From IMG/VR virus record IMGVR_UViG_3300036766_001530: a DNA stretch of 56,938 nucleotides; one strand, 5' to 3'. The translations under genes and the position numbers were made by a program. Positions 24,358-33,935 of the stretch are shown piece by piece. The stretch comes from an uncultured virus (IMG/VR IMGVR_UViG_3300036766_001530) (taxonomy: Duplodnaviria; Heunggongvirae; Uroviricota; Caudoviricetes). How positions within the stretch are numbered: position 1 is the stretch's first letter; each line of letters starts with the position of its first letter. The notes under the pieces are model-generated. The model had not been told where the DNA came from, did not search any database, and saw nothing but the letters and a program-made list of their open reading frames with translations.

Positions 24358-27069
24358 ATGGGCTACTCGAAAGAAGAAGCTGGCGAACTGCAACGAGCGA
24401 AGGCCCTGCCGGCGCGCTTCCGCTCGGAAGGCGACGCCTTCGTTGGTCTGTCGATGGGGCCCCGGCATTCCTGGGGACCATCTTCCGAGATGGCCCGACG
24501 TGCTCGTCGAGCCGCACGCGCGGCTCGCACCGCGGCGCCCTCTCCGTTGATGCCGGCCGAGATGCCCAAGCCCAAGAAGAAGCACAAGAAGCGGCACTGG
24601 TGGCAGAAAGCCTGGTCCGGCGTCAAGGACGTGGCCACCTTCATCCCCGCGCACGGGGGTGAGATCGCCAGGGGCATGATGACCGCCGCCTCGGCCGCTC
24701 CCATGCTGATGCGGGGCGAAGGATCTGAAGAGGACATGCGGGGTGTCGAGGGTGACGCCTTCGTCGGTGACGACTTCATGGGCGATGCCTTCGTCGGACG
24801 TTTCAGCCGCGACGAAGCGCAGGCCGTCGCTCGCGACGGCGCTCTGCCCTATCTCGACGACATCTACCGTGGTGGCCGTGACGAGCCAGTCGAAGCCGGT
24901 CCGCACGACATCGTGATCTCAGAGCAGGACGAGTTCCTCGGTGACATCGACGGCGACGCCTTCGTTGGCGCATACACAGGCACGGCGACCCGACGGGGGC
25001 TCATGCGCAAGTGGTCCACCAACAGGACTCGCAAGCGCATCACCGGGCAGGCTGGCGACCGGCAGAAGGAAGCCTGGCACATCCAGCAGATGCGCGAGGC
25101 GCGACTGGAATGGAGGAAAGCCGGATTCCGGCCAAGATCGATCAAGAGGGCCTCCATGGAAGCCGGTCTCTACACTCCGATGGCTGGCGACTCCGTCGAC
25201 GGCGACGCCTTCGTAGGAAACGACGAAGCTGCCAGGCACCGCAACATCGAGGCTCGCAACCTCGCGGCCGGGCTCGTCTCCTCAGATCCGGCGATCGCAC
25301 GCGACGCGAAGGAGACCTTCGCCGTGCTCGAACGTCGATCCCAGGTCGATCCCGAAGCCAAGAAGACGGTCGAGGGCGTGCTCTTCTTCAAGAAGCGGCT
25401 CGAAGCCCGGGGACCCCAGGATGTTTTGAGCGGCGGCGACAGCCCGGATGACCTCGTCAAGCGATGGGGCGAGGAAGCCAATCGCCTCATCAAGAACCCC
25501 CGCCACGGCAACATGCAAGAGCTGGAAGAAATCGCTCGTCGTTTCCGATCTCTCGTTCCCAGAGGAACACCGCCCATCGGCCTGCTCGCGAGCAAGCAAG
25601 GTCTCGTGAATCTTGACGCCTATCGCGAGGCCGTCACGAGATGGAACGCCTTTGCCGGCCCCGAGAGGAATCCGAACGACATGATCTCCGGCGAAGAGGA
25701 CGACCGCAAGCACGCTGCCATCTACAAGGCGGCCAAGGCCGGCGACCCGAAAGCTCTGCTCGAAGTCGATCGCTTCGTCGGCAAGCGCCTGTCGCAGGGC
25801 CTCGCCTCTGGCGACAAGAAGATGATCGCGGCCTACAAGACGCTCAAGGCTGAGGCCGACAAGGGCGACAAGCGCGCCGCCCGCGTGATCCACTTCGCCG
25901 ACACGGCCGAAATCGAAACCGACATCCCGAACGTCTCAGGTGACGCCTTCGTCGGCTCTCACCATCTCGAAGAAGCCAGGGTCCTCCTGGCCGCTGCGAA
26001 CGCCGGTGACGAGAAGTCCCGGAACCTCATCCTGACCGCGGCCGAACACGCGCAGGCCGGCAACCCCGCAGCAATCAAAGCGATGAAGACCCTCAACAAG
26101 GTGGCAAGCAAGATGAGTGGAGATGCTTTCGTCGGAGCCTATCGTCCCCAGGCGGGCGGCAACCGCCAGGCGATCCTCGACCAGTGGGTCCGCAACTACA
26201 AGATCAAGCACGCCAACCCCAAGGGCTCGCCCCAGTGGAAGAGCGCCAAGAAGTACATGAGCGGCGCCTACAAGGCCTGGAGGAAGTCCGGCTTCCAGCC
26301 GAAGCACATCAAGATGGCTGCCAGATCCTCGGGACTCATCTCCGGCGACGCCTTCGTGGGCGTCTCGGCCTACGGCGGCTACAGCGTCGCCGAGGCCGGG
26401 GCCATCATCAAGGCCGCCAAGATGGGCAACCCCAAGGCTCGCGGGCTCATGAAGATGCTGTCGCTCCACGCCAAGCAGGGTCACCCGGAAGCGAAGCTCG
26501 CCGTCCAGGCCCTCTACGCCGCGGACAAGGTCAGCAAGATGAGCGGCGATGCCTTCGTGGGAGATGAAGCGAAGCCCAGCCCGAAGATGATGGAGCACCT
26601 CGCCCAGATCGCCCGCGGCCTCGACTCGACCGACGAGGGAACCCGGGGCACCGCGCGATCTGACTACCACAGCTACGTCGAAGCCTCCCGCGGGGGCGAC
26701 AAGCGAGCCGGAGCCTACACCCAGATCATCGACAAGCTGCGCGGCTCCACCGAGTCAACGGTCGCTCGACCTCGCACGACACAGAAGGACGTGCTCACCG
26801 CCTCGCTCGGCGCCATCTGCGGCGCGGATGCCTACCGCATGGGCCTTGCCACCGGAGATGAAGAAGGGGTCTTCGACTCCGAAGACGGCCCGAAGGACAC
26901 GCTCGACCCGTTCTTCAACCGCCCGATCAATCCCTACGACGACGCCGTCGAACCGGCCGAAGACATCGCTCTCGACAACGCCGCCACCATGCCCGAGAGT
27001 GTCGCGTCCCTCTCCGGCATCATGGGAGCCTTCTGCGGCACCCGCGGCTGCTACCGGGCGGGGCTCTAG
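24358..27069 (+). CDS. 903-aa putative polyprotein with nine GDAFVG motifs
   Basis: Nine motifs counted in the translation; ends GIMGAFCGTRGCYRAGL. Confidence 0.85.
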   Translation: MGYSKEEAGELQRAKALPARFRSEGDAFVGLSMGPRHSWGPSSEMARRARRAARAARTAAPSPLMPAEMPKPKKKHKKRHWWQKAWSGVKDVATFIPAHGGEIARGMMTAASAAPMLMRGEGSEEDMRGVEGDAFVGDDFMGDAFVGRFSRDEAQAVARDGALPYLDDIYRGGRDEPVEAGPHDIVISEQDEFLGDIDGDAFVGAYTGTATRRGLMRKWSTNRTRKRITGQAGDRQKEAWHIQQMREARLEWRKAGFRPRSIKRASMEAGLYTPMAGDSVDGDAFVGNDEAARHRNIEARNLAAGLVSSDPAIARDAKETFAVLERRSQVDPEAKKTVEGVLFFKKRLEARGPQDVLSGGDSPDDLVKRWGEEANRLIKNPRHGNMQELEEIARRFRSLVPRGTPPIGLLASKQGLVNLDAYREAVTRWNAFAGPERNPNDMISGEEDDRKHAAIYKAAKAGDPKALLEVDRFVGKRLSQGLASGDKKMIAAYKTLKAEADKGDKRAARVIHFADTAEIETDIPNVSGDAFVGSHHLEEARVLLAAANAGDEKSRNLILTAAEHAQAGNPAAIKAMKTLNKVASKMSGDAFVGAYRPQAGGNRQAILDQWVRNYKIKHANPKGSPQWKSAKKYMSGAYKAWRKSGFQPKHIKMAARSSGLISGDAFVGVSAYGGYSVAEAGAIIKAAKMGNPKARGLMKMLSLHAKQGHPEAKLAVQALYAADKVSKMSGDAFVGDEAKPSPKMMEHLAQIARGLDSTDEGTRGTARSDYHSYVEASRGGDKRAGAYTQIIDKLRGSTESTVARPRTTQKDVLTASLGAICGADAYRMGLATGDEEGVFDSEDGPKDTLDPFFNRPINPYDDAVEPAEDIALDNAATMPESVASLSGIMGAFCGTRGCYRAGL

Positions 27070-27094
27070 GCCGACGGAACTCGATGAACGCTGA

Positions 27095-27631
27095 TCAGCA
27101 ACAGGCTCCAGGACACGTGGGCTTGCACGAGGTTGTTCCCGGGCAGTACCGCGTGTGGCACTGGGTACTCGTCCAGCCCGACAGATAAACGCACAACTCG
27201 CACGATCCGCAGACCATGGAGCAGCAAATCTTCTTCCCCAACCAAGAGCCAGAATCCACGCAGTGTCCCGTACGACACTGCGAGTCTGCCGTGCAGATCG
27301 TTCCGATGACCAAATCACCACCACCACCATCGACCGGGGTCTCCCCGGATGAATCCTTCATTCCCGAATCGGGGAGTGGGGGCGGCTCCGTTCCCCCATC
27401 GACCATCTTCCCGTCAGCACTTCCTGCTTCTCCTCCCGAATCGGGAGCAATCTCCGAATCGGCCAGGACCTCTGTCAAGGCATCCGGCTGCTCTCCTCGC
27501 TGGTCAGCAACAAGGGCATCCGACCGGGGTTCTACCGACCGATCGGCCGACGAGTCCGACATCGTGTTCGTGCTGCCTTCGCACCCAAGACCCAGGAACA
27601 GAACGATGAGAGCGATTGAGAAACGTGACAT
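27095..27631 (-). CDS. Cys-rich lipoprotein, myxobacterial style
   Basis: MSRFSIALIVLFLGLG-C lipobox; DSG/DGG acidic linker; CTADSQCRTGHCVD...ICC; RBS AAAGGA. Confidence 0.75.
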   Translation of the reverse strand: MSRFSIALIVLFLGLGCEGSTNTMSDSSADRSVEPRSDALVADQRGEQPDALTEVLADSEIAPDSGGEAGSADGKMVDGGTEPPPLPDSGMKDSSGETPVDGGGGDLVIGTICTADSQCRTGHCVDSGSWLGKKICCSMVCGSCELCVYLSGWTSTQCHTRYCPGTTSCKPTCPGACC

Positions 27632-27654
27632 GGTGGAGGTCCTTTCTTTCGAGA

Positions 27655-27683
27655 AGGATAGCACCCTTCCGGGTGATATGCAA
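27655..27683 (-). promoter_or_regulatory. Sigma70-like promoter of the lipoprotein gene
   Basis: TTGCAT-17 bp-TATCCT on the - strand with TG extended -10. Confidence 0.55.
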
Positions 27684-27715
27684 ACCACATCAAATTGCAT
27701 CATCGGGAGGGTCTG

Positions 27716-28537
27716 ATGCCGAAACGTGACGATCCCAGTGCGGGCGATCCCCAGGCGTCCCTTGAACAGGTCTTCCGCGGAGACCACGCTATCGTCAAGC
27801 ATTCACTTCTGGAGACCTCTGGGGTCCCGAAAATTCAGCCGATCTTCCGAAAAAACTGGTCCAACAAGCAAGCTCGGAATGTGATCTTGACGCTGGCTCC
27901 CGTCGAACTCGACGCTCGCGTCTTGACGAACCTCGCCGTCTTTCTTCAGACCGGACCGGTCACAGGTCTTCTCACCTGGGGGATCGAAGGTGCGGATGCC
28001 AAAGAAGTCGAATTCGACTGGGGCTCCGCATTCTTCAACAGCAACAACGTGCCGGACGGTAGAGGCTCAGGACTCCAGCTTTGCTTCCCGGCCAGCTACG
28101 TCCAGCTCGATGCTCGGAACTGGATGGGTACGTCACCTCCTCTGGGAGGGTTTCCCGATTCTGCCGGAACAGCAATTCTCCCCAGAGATGCCATCCTGAG
28201 AGCGTTCCTGACGGTCGGGGCTGCCACACAGCGGCTCACCCCCATCACCAGAACCTTCTGGTACCAGCTCCCGATCGGTTCCGGCGCTGGCTTCGTTCAG
28301 GTCATACCTCCCATGGCAAAGCGAGTGCAGGTAACTAGATCACCAGCCTTGGCCATGACCGTAGAAGTCGCAAACGATCCTGGTGGTGGCAACCCGACCG
28401 ATCAGGTGATCATACCGGCTGGCGGTCGTTGCCCGATCATCGATCTACCTCCGGATGCCAGCACGGTTTCCTTTACGAACAACGACGCTCTCAACCCCAT
28501 CGGCCGGGCAAGAATCATCTTCGAGCTGGCCATCTAG
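27716..28537 (+). CDS. Putative virion structural protein (beta-rich)
   Basis: RBS GGGAGG; beta-strand-like pattern; more AT-rich codons than its neighbours. Confidence 0.7.
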   Translation: MPKRDDPSAGDPQASLEQVFRGDHAIVKHSLLETSGVPKIQPIFRKNWSNKQARNVILTLAPVELDARVLTNLAVFLQTGPVTGLLTWGIEGADAKEVEFDWGSAFFNSNNVPDGRGSGLQLCFPASYVQLDARNWMGTSPPLGGFPDSAGTAILPRDAILRAFLTVGAATQRLTPITRTFWYQLPIGSGAGFVQVIPPMAKRVQVTRSPALAMTVEVANDPGGGNPTDQVIIPAGGRCPIIDLPPDASTVSFTNNDALNPIGRARIIFELAI

Positions 28538-28555
28538 TTCAAGGAGAAACCGAAA

Positions 28556-31537
28556 ATGGGCGCCAACCAATTCATCCCCCTCCCACTGCCAAACCCGGCG
28601 TTCCAGCCGTTCATCGACCCGAACCTCCGGACGGTCGTCGGCGTCACCAACGCGAACCCCGCCGAGATCACGACCGCGGCGCCCCACGGCTTCCTCGGCA
28701 CCGACATCGTCGTGGTCAGGGGCGTGCTCGGCATGGGCGACGTCCCGAACGGCATCTTCGCCATCATCGTCACGGGACCCAGCACCTTCCAGCTCGTCGG
28801 CGCCGACACCACGGCGACCGGTCTCTACGCGGGGAGTGGCAAGGCCGCTCTCTCGGGCCGGCGATACGTCGGCACGATCTCGAACGATCTCGCGCCGGCT
28901 CCGGGAGGACCGATCAGGATCGAGTCGCTCGACAAGCCGGCTTTCGGAGGAGCCATCGACGACAAGCTCCTCCCCGGCGATCCGGTCAAGATCAGCGGCA
29001 ACACCACCCTGCCCGAGATCAACGGCATCTTCACGACCGGGGCCGCAACTCCCCCATCCGCGACCGAGTTCACCCTGGTCGGTACCTCCTACACAGGGCC
29101 GGCTCTATCGGGGGGTGGAACCATCGACCTCGGCCCCTTCCCGGTCATCTGCCAGACCCCGACCCCACACGGCTACACGACCGGCTCCGTCGTGGACGTC
29201 CGCGCCAACCCGGGCGACCCTGGCCAGCTCTTCGAGATCACCGTCATCAGCCCAACGCAATTCTCGCTCGATTTCCAGGGCGAAAACGTCCAGTACCCGC
29301 TGGGAGGCATCGTCCGGCAGGTCTCGACCGGTGTTCTCGACCTGGCGGCCATCGTGCCCCCGAACGGCGTCGAGAAGCGCAAGACGTTCAGCGTGGCCGG
29401 CGACTACTCGGGACGCCTCATCATCGAAGGCTCGATGGACAACGACAAGTTCTCGCCCTTCCTGCTCTTCAACGAGGGCAAGCCCGGCGGCATCAAGGTC
29501 GTCGAGGTGAACGTCCCCTACATCCGCACCCGCGGCGAGGGCCTCGTCATCAACTCGGGCACGCTCGTCGGCTTCATGGCCGCCGAGCAGAACTGCGACT
29601 GCGATCCGGCGTGGTCCGACCACGGAGCCAACGTCTACGACAACCTCGACGTCCCAGATCCGGTCGAGCTACCGTTCGACCGCGAGGAACCCTTCGGAAT
29701 CGTCGGAGCCACCAGCAACCTCGGAGTCGTCCAGATCGAAACGTCCGGAGCAAACCCCTACGTCACCGGAGATCGCGTCCGGATCTCGGGTGTCGCCGAC
29801 GCTCTCGGCGCGCTCCTGCCGTCCGTCAATGGCGTCTGGACCATCACCGTCCTGGACCAGTTCAACTTCACGCTCGACACCTCCGTCTACGTGGCTGATG
29901 GCTTCGGAGGCCAGGCCGCCATCATCACGTCACCGAACGTCAGCCCCATCCCGCTCATCACCGCCGCACCGCACGGCTACGCGACCGGCGACACCGTCCG
30001 GGTGCGCGGAGTCAGCGATCCGGAAACGCCAGTAGCGATCGCCACCGTCTTCTCGCCCGACAACCTGACTCCGATCATGGTCACGACCGCCGCGCTGCAC
30101 GGCTACACCACCGGCAACCGGGTCCAGATCGCTAGCTCTGCCATCCCCGACGGCACCTACACCATCACCGTCACCGGAGCCTTCACCTTCACCCTCAACG
30201 GCTTCGTCGGACCCGTCAACGGAACAGGAGGCACCTCTCTCCGGATCACGGGAGCCAACGGCGACTACACGATCACAGTACCCGGACCGAGCGGTCCCAA
30301 CTCCTTCACACTCAATGCTCCCCCGGCCAACCCCGGCGCCGTTCCCACCGGCGACGGCACCGGCGGCACCGTCCAGGCACTCGCCTCGGGAGGCTCCGAC
30401 ACCTCCAACTTCAAGTCGGAGAAAACCATCCAGCTCCAGGGCGGCCCCTACACGGGCACCTTCATCGTCGAGGGCACGCTCGATCCGGGCCCCTCGCCCA
30501 TCTTCCTGCCCTTCAGCCGGCGGTTCAACACCGGAGGCGCCGACGAAAAGCTCGAACTCGATGCCCTCTTCGCCAAGATGCGCATCACTCCTGAAGGAGC
30601 CTCGGGAGATGTTGCGATGTACATCGGCTCGCAGCTCGCCTGCGCTTGCCCCCCAGCTCCACCCGTTCCGCTCACCTGCTGTCCGTGTGCAGATCCAGTC
30701 GGAGCTGGCAGGCCAGATCCGGAAAGCTTCTGCACCGAGTTTCCGGCCGGAGCAATCGACCCATTCGCCGAAACCGCTCACGATCTGGGCTTCACCCGCA
30801 CGACCTCCGGCGACGACACCATCCTGTCCTTCGACGGAACTCAAGGCGCGGGCGCCCTCTTCATGGAGGCCCCCGGTCCGCTCGTCGATCCGGCTCAGCC
30901 AGGGTCCTTCTGCTTCTGCGCAGTGATGGCTCAAGACGTGGTGACACCCGGAACTCCGTTCACCCCCGTTGGAGGGGCCTACGTCGGATTGACCTCGGGA
31001 CCGTTCAACGAGCAGCTCTTCGTCGCGACCGTGAACCCACAGACGGGAGCGAGTTTCACGACGTATCAGATCGTCGTCTACGAGGGGGCTGGCCCGACGC
31101 AATTCCTCGTCGACACTGGGGTTCCAATCGACGGAACGCTACACAAGTTCGTGGTCTGCCGCGACCTCACTCCCACCGGATTCCTCCTCTCCGTCGACAA
31201 CGGCGCCCCCATCCCATTCGATCCGGGGTTCCTGCCCGGACAGATGGTTCCGTTCATCGGGATCAACGCCCTCGGCCCCGATGCCCTCGGCAACCCGTTC
31301 GTCCTCACGGTCGACTCGTTCTGCACCAGCAACCAGCTCAACCTTCTCGGCAAGGCCCGAGCCAAGGCGAAGGTGAAGAGCCCAGCCAAGCTCGCGAAGA
31401 GCGGTCGCGGAGCGACCGCTTCCGATCTGGCTTCTTCCGGATCAATCCACAATCGCGCCGCCGCCAAGCGCGCCAAGAAGAAACCAATCGCTCGCGCCGC
31501 TCTGACACCAAAAACGACCAAGGAGAAGAAGAGATGA
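28556..31537 (+). CDS. Spike/adhesin-like protein with repeated FCCH-like beta modules
   Basis: Repeats ITTAAPHG..TGD.V...G...NG.YTITV....FTL as in phage E1-FCCH-like proteins; AEQNCDC and LACAC motifs; basic tail. Confidence 0.75.
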   Translation: MGANQFIPLPLPNPAFQPFIDPNLRTVVGVTNANPAEITTAAPHGFLGTDIVVVRGVLGMGDVPNGIFAIIVTGPSTFQLVGADTTATGLYAGSGKAALSGRRYVGTISNDLAPAPGGPIRIESLDKPAFGGAIDDKLLPGDPVKISGNTTLPEINGIFTTGAATPPSATEFTLVGTSYTGPALSGGGTIDLGPFPVICQTPTPHGYTTGSVVDVRANPGDPGQLFEITVISPTQFSLDFQGENVQYPLGGIVRQVSTGVLDLAAIVPPNGVEKRKTFSVAGDYSGRLIIEGSMDNDKFSPFLLFNEGKPGGIKVVEVNVPYIRTRGEGLVINSGTLVGFMAAEQNCDCDPAWSDHGANVYDNLDVPDPVELPFDREEPFGIVGATSNLGVVQIETSGANPYVTGDRVRISGVADALGALLPSVNGVWTITVLDQFNFTLDTSVYVADGFGGQAAIITSPNVSPIPLITAAPHGYATGDTVRVRGVSDPETPVAIATVFSPDNLTPIMVTTAALHGYTTGNRVQIASSAIPDGTYTITVTGAFTFTLNGFVGPVNGTGGTSLRITGANGDYTITVPGPSGPNSFTLNAPPANPGAVPTGDGTGGTVQALASGGSDTSNFKSEKTIQLQGGPYTGTFIVEGTLDPGPSPIFLPFSRRFNTGGADEKLELDALFAKMRITPEGASGDVAMYIGSQLACACPPAPPVPLTCCPCADPVGAGRPDPESFCTEFPAGAIDPFAETAHDLGFTRTTSGDDTILSFDGTQGAGALFMEAPGPLVDPAQPGSFCFCAVMAQDVVTPGTPFTPVGGAYVGLTSGPFNEQLFVATVNPQTGASFTTYQIVVYEGAGPTQFLVDTGVPIDGTLHKFVVCRDLTPTGFLLSVDNGAPIPFDPGFLPGQMVPFIGINALGPDALGNPFVLTVDSFCTSNQLNLLGKARAKAKVKSPAKLAKSGRGATASDLASSGSIHNRAAAKRAKKKPIARAALTPKTTKEKKR

Positions 31538-32459
31538 TGCCAGCCATCCGAATCCTCGTCCTCCTCCTTGTCACGGGGTGGACGCTGGGAAAAGCCTTGC
31601 TGGCACTCTCCCACGGCCGCCTGTAGCGGACGTCGAGGGTGCCAGCACTGCCGCGAGTCGCGGAGCGACGAACTCCGCTCCGACTTTCGGTCAAACACCA
31701 AAGAAAGCGCTCCGGTACCTCAAGATGCTGAAGTCCTACTTCCCAAAGGGAGTCCCCGAGGACTTCTTCATGTTCGATCCTCTCTACGAGGACGCTTCAC
31801 ACATCTCCGGCGTGCCGGTGCCCCTCTATCGCACGATCGCCTCGCGCGAAACCGGCAACGATCCGACGCTCGTCAACCCCCGCACTCGCGCGACCGGACT
31901 TCTCCAACTCCTGCCGGTGACCTGGCGCGAATGGAACAACAAGATCGCGATCCCAAGGGGTGACGCTCCGATGGACGGGCAGAAGCTCCTCGAACCGCAG
32001 GCCAACGTCGGCGTCGGCTCGTGGCTCATGACCAACATCCTCGACATGTTCCAGAAACACCCAGGAATCAAGATCGACTGGAAGTCGATCATCTTCGTCG
32101 AGCTGTTCGTCTTCGCCTACCACGCCGGCATGTACGGCGCGGACGCCGCCATCAAGCTCGTCGAAGCCTCGGGGCTCCCGGTGACGCTCGACCACGTCAT
32201 CGCCGCCTCCAAGCAAAACCTCGCCACGACTTTTCCCTACGCCCGCAAGGAACCCGCGATGCTCGACCGCATCGCCGCCTACGACAAGGTGACCGCCGTC
32301 CTCTACGACAAGACTCGCGATCTCAAGGCACCGCCTCGGATCGCCGAGGCGGGTCCACTCCGCTCCAGGACGCAGACCTCTTCCGGGGCCGGGGCTCTTG
32401 GCGCCGGCCTGCTCGCAGCCGTGGTCGGTGTGGCCGTCTTCGGAGGCAAGAGGAAGTAG
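31534..32459 (+). CDS. Lytic transglycosylase (SLT family), probably via -1 frameshift at 31587-31593
   Basis: IASRETG..P...ATGLLQLLP...P..NVGVG...AYHAG SLT motifs; the signal anchor MMPAIRILVLLLVTG is in a different frame (31534-31626). Confidence 0.85.
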
Positions 32460-32461
32460 TC

Positions 32462-33235
32462 GTGGCCGAGGTCAGGATCATAGACGGCGGCACGTACAAC
32501 ACCGAGCCACTGGGACCCGGCTGGCATGGAGCCTCGCCAGATAGAGTACCTCCCGCAGATCCGGAGATCCCTTTCGAGAACTACCGGATCTTCCTGGTCC
32601 CGTTCAAGGACGGCGACATCAGCCCGCTCTTCGTCAACCAAGACGACGCCGGAGGCGGCACCACCCCAACGGTGCTGACTCCAGCCCCCGACGGCACGAA
32701 CATCAAGGTCGTCCTGCCACTACCAGGCGATGGCACCAAATGGACGGCTGTCGGCCAGTACATCGTGGATCTCAGCCGCGATTCAGCGAAGCTCTGCGCG
32801 AAGCTGCGTACCATCTCCCCGAGCCCCGGCCCGACCCTCTCGGCGCTCATCGCCATGGGTCTGCTCAGCCAGGAGCAGCTCCTCGGCTTCTTCTACGACT
32901 CGAACGTCGGGCAATTCTTCTTCTTCATCCAGGAGGGACCCACATCCGCAGCAGCACCGCTGGCCCCTTACGCCCCCGGCTCCGAGTACGAGTTCGAGAT
33001 CACGATCCGCCAACTCTCGGCCGGCGGCCAGTGCCTCTACGTGACGGCGAAACAGGACGGAGTATTGACCGCCAGCTTCGTGATGCCCTCTCCGTTCGTT
33101 CTTCGCTTCCCGATGGGACCGGTTTTCCACCTGGAGACCGGTACTACCGCGCCGGGAGCCAGCTTCGAGTTTGTGGCGGGTGAACTCTCGGTCGGCTATC
33201 AGCCGCTCGCCGGCAAGATTGGAAGTTGCCCATGA
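32462..33235 (+). CDS. Putative virion beta-sandwich protein
   Basis: GTG start MAEVRII; similar to 35712 (MAEVQIT...QLCL...YRPLA...C). Confidence 0.7.
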   Translation: MAEVRIIDGGTYNTEPLGPGWHGASPDRVPPADPEIPFENYRIFLVPFKDGDISPLFVNQDDAGGGTTPTVLTPAPDGTNIKVVLPLPGDGTKWTAVGQYIVDLSRDSAKLCAKLRTISPSPGPTLSALIAMGLLSQEQLLGFFYDSNVGQFFFFIQEGPTSAAAPLAPYAPGSEYEFEITIRQLSAGGQCLYVTAKQDGVLTASFVMPSPFVLRFPMGPVFHLETGTTAPGASFEFVAGELSVGYQPLAGKIGSCP

Positions 33236-33489
33236 ACACAAACCCCCCAATTCCAAGAACCGTCGTCCACACTCACGACGGCAAGTGCCTCGTCATCTCG
33301 GCGACCGGCAACTTCGCTTGCACCGTCACTCTGCTGCCTCTCTCGATCATAGGGCGAGCGCCAACAAACCTCGCCCCGGAGGCCTATAGCTTCATGGCTA
33401 CCCTCGCATCTCTCTCACCCGCGGCGCGAGCCGCCGACTACTCCAAGCGCTACGGAGCCGCCGTCGCGGCAGCCACGGGGACCCCATGA
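33232..33489 (+). CDS. Small hypothetical protein
   Basis: ATGA coupling at both ends; resembles 36508. Confidence 0.6.
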   Translation: MNTNPPIPRTVVHTHDGKCLVISATGNFACTVTLLPLSIIGRAPTNLAPEAYSFMATLASLSPAARAADYSKRYGAAVAAATGTP

Positions 33490-33935
33490 GCGTCACGTTC
33501 ATCATCGCCGGCTGGACGATGAAGCTCATCATCGCCTGCGTCTCCGCTCTCATCGGCTCGGTCTTCGGGCGCCACTGGGAACGCAGCCGCGTCATCCGCG
33601 AACGCGCAGAGTGGCTCGGCTACGACATCCCATGCGACGCCTTCGACCAAGATCATCTCGAACCCGGACACTCCGAAGGCTCGCGCAACCCACTCTGCGT
33701 CCGATGTGGGTTCCGCTTCTCATCGCATGACTCCGATGTCCGCAGGATGCACGAGAGCTACGGCAAAGGATCTTCGCCCAGCGCCTCGCCGAACGCCTCG
33801 GCCGGAGCCCCGGGCAACGGAGCCATCCCGAACAAGAAGCAAAGGAACGGGACCCCGGTCGAAGGAATCCCGATCCACTCCGACACCGAGACCACACCAC
33901 TCGAAATCCCGAGCAGCCGCAAGGAGCGCGGATGA
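33486..33935 (+). CDS. Membrane-anchored protein with Cys/His motif
   Basis: Hydrophobic N-terminus; C...CVRCG...H. Confidence 0.65.
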   Translation: MSVTFIIAGWTMKLIIACVSALIGSVFGRHWERSRVIRERAEWLGYDIPCDAFDQDHLEPGHSEGSRNPLCVRCGFRFSSHDSDVRRMHESYGKGSSPSASPNASAGAPGNGAIPNKKQRNGTPVEGIPIHSDTETTPLEIPSSRKERG

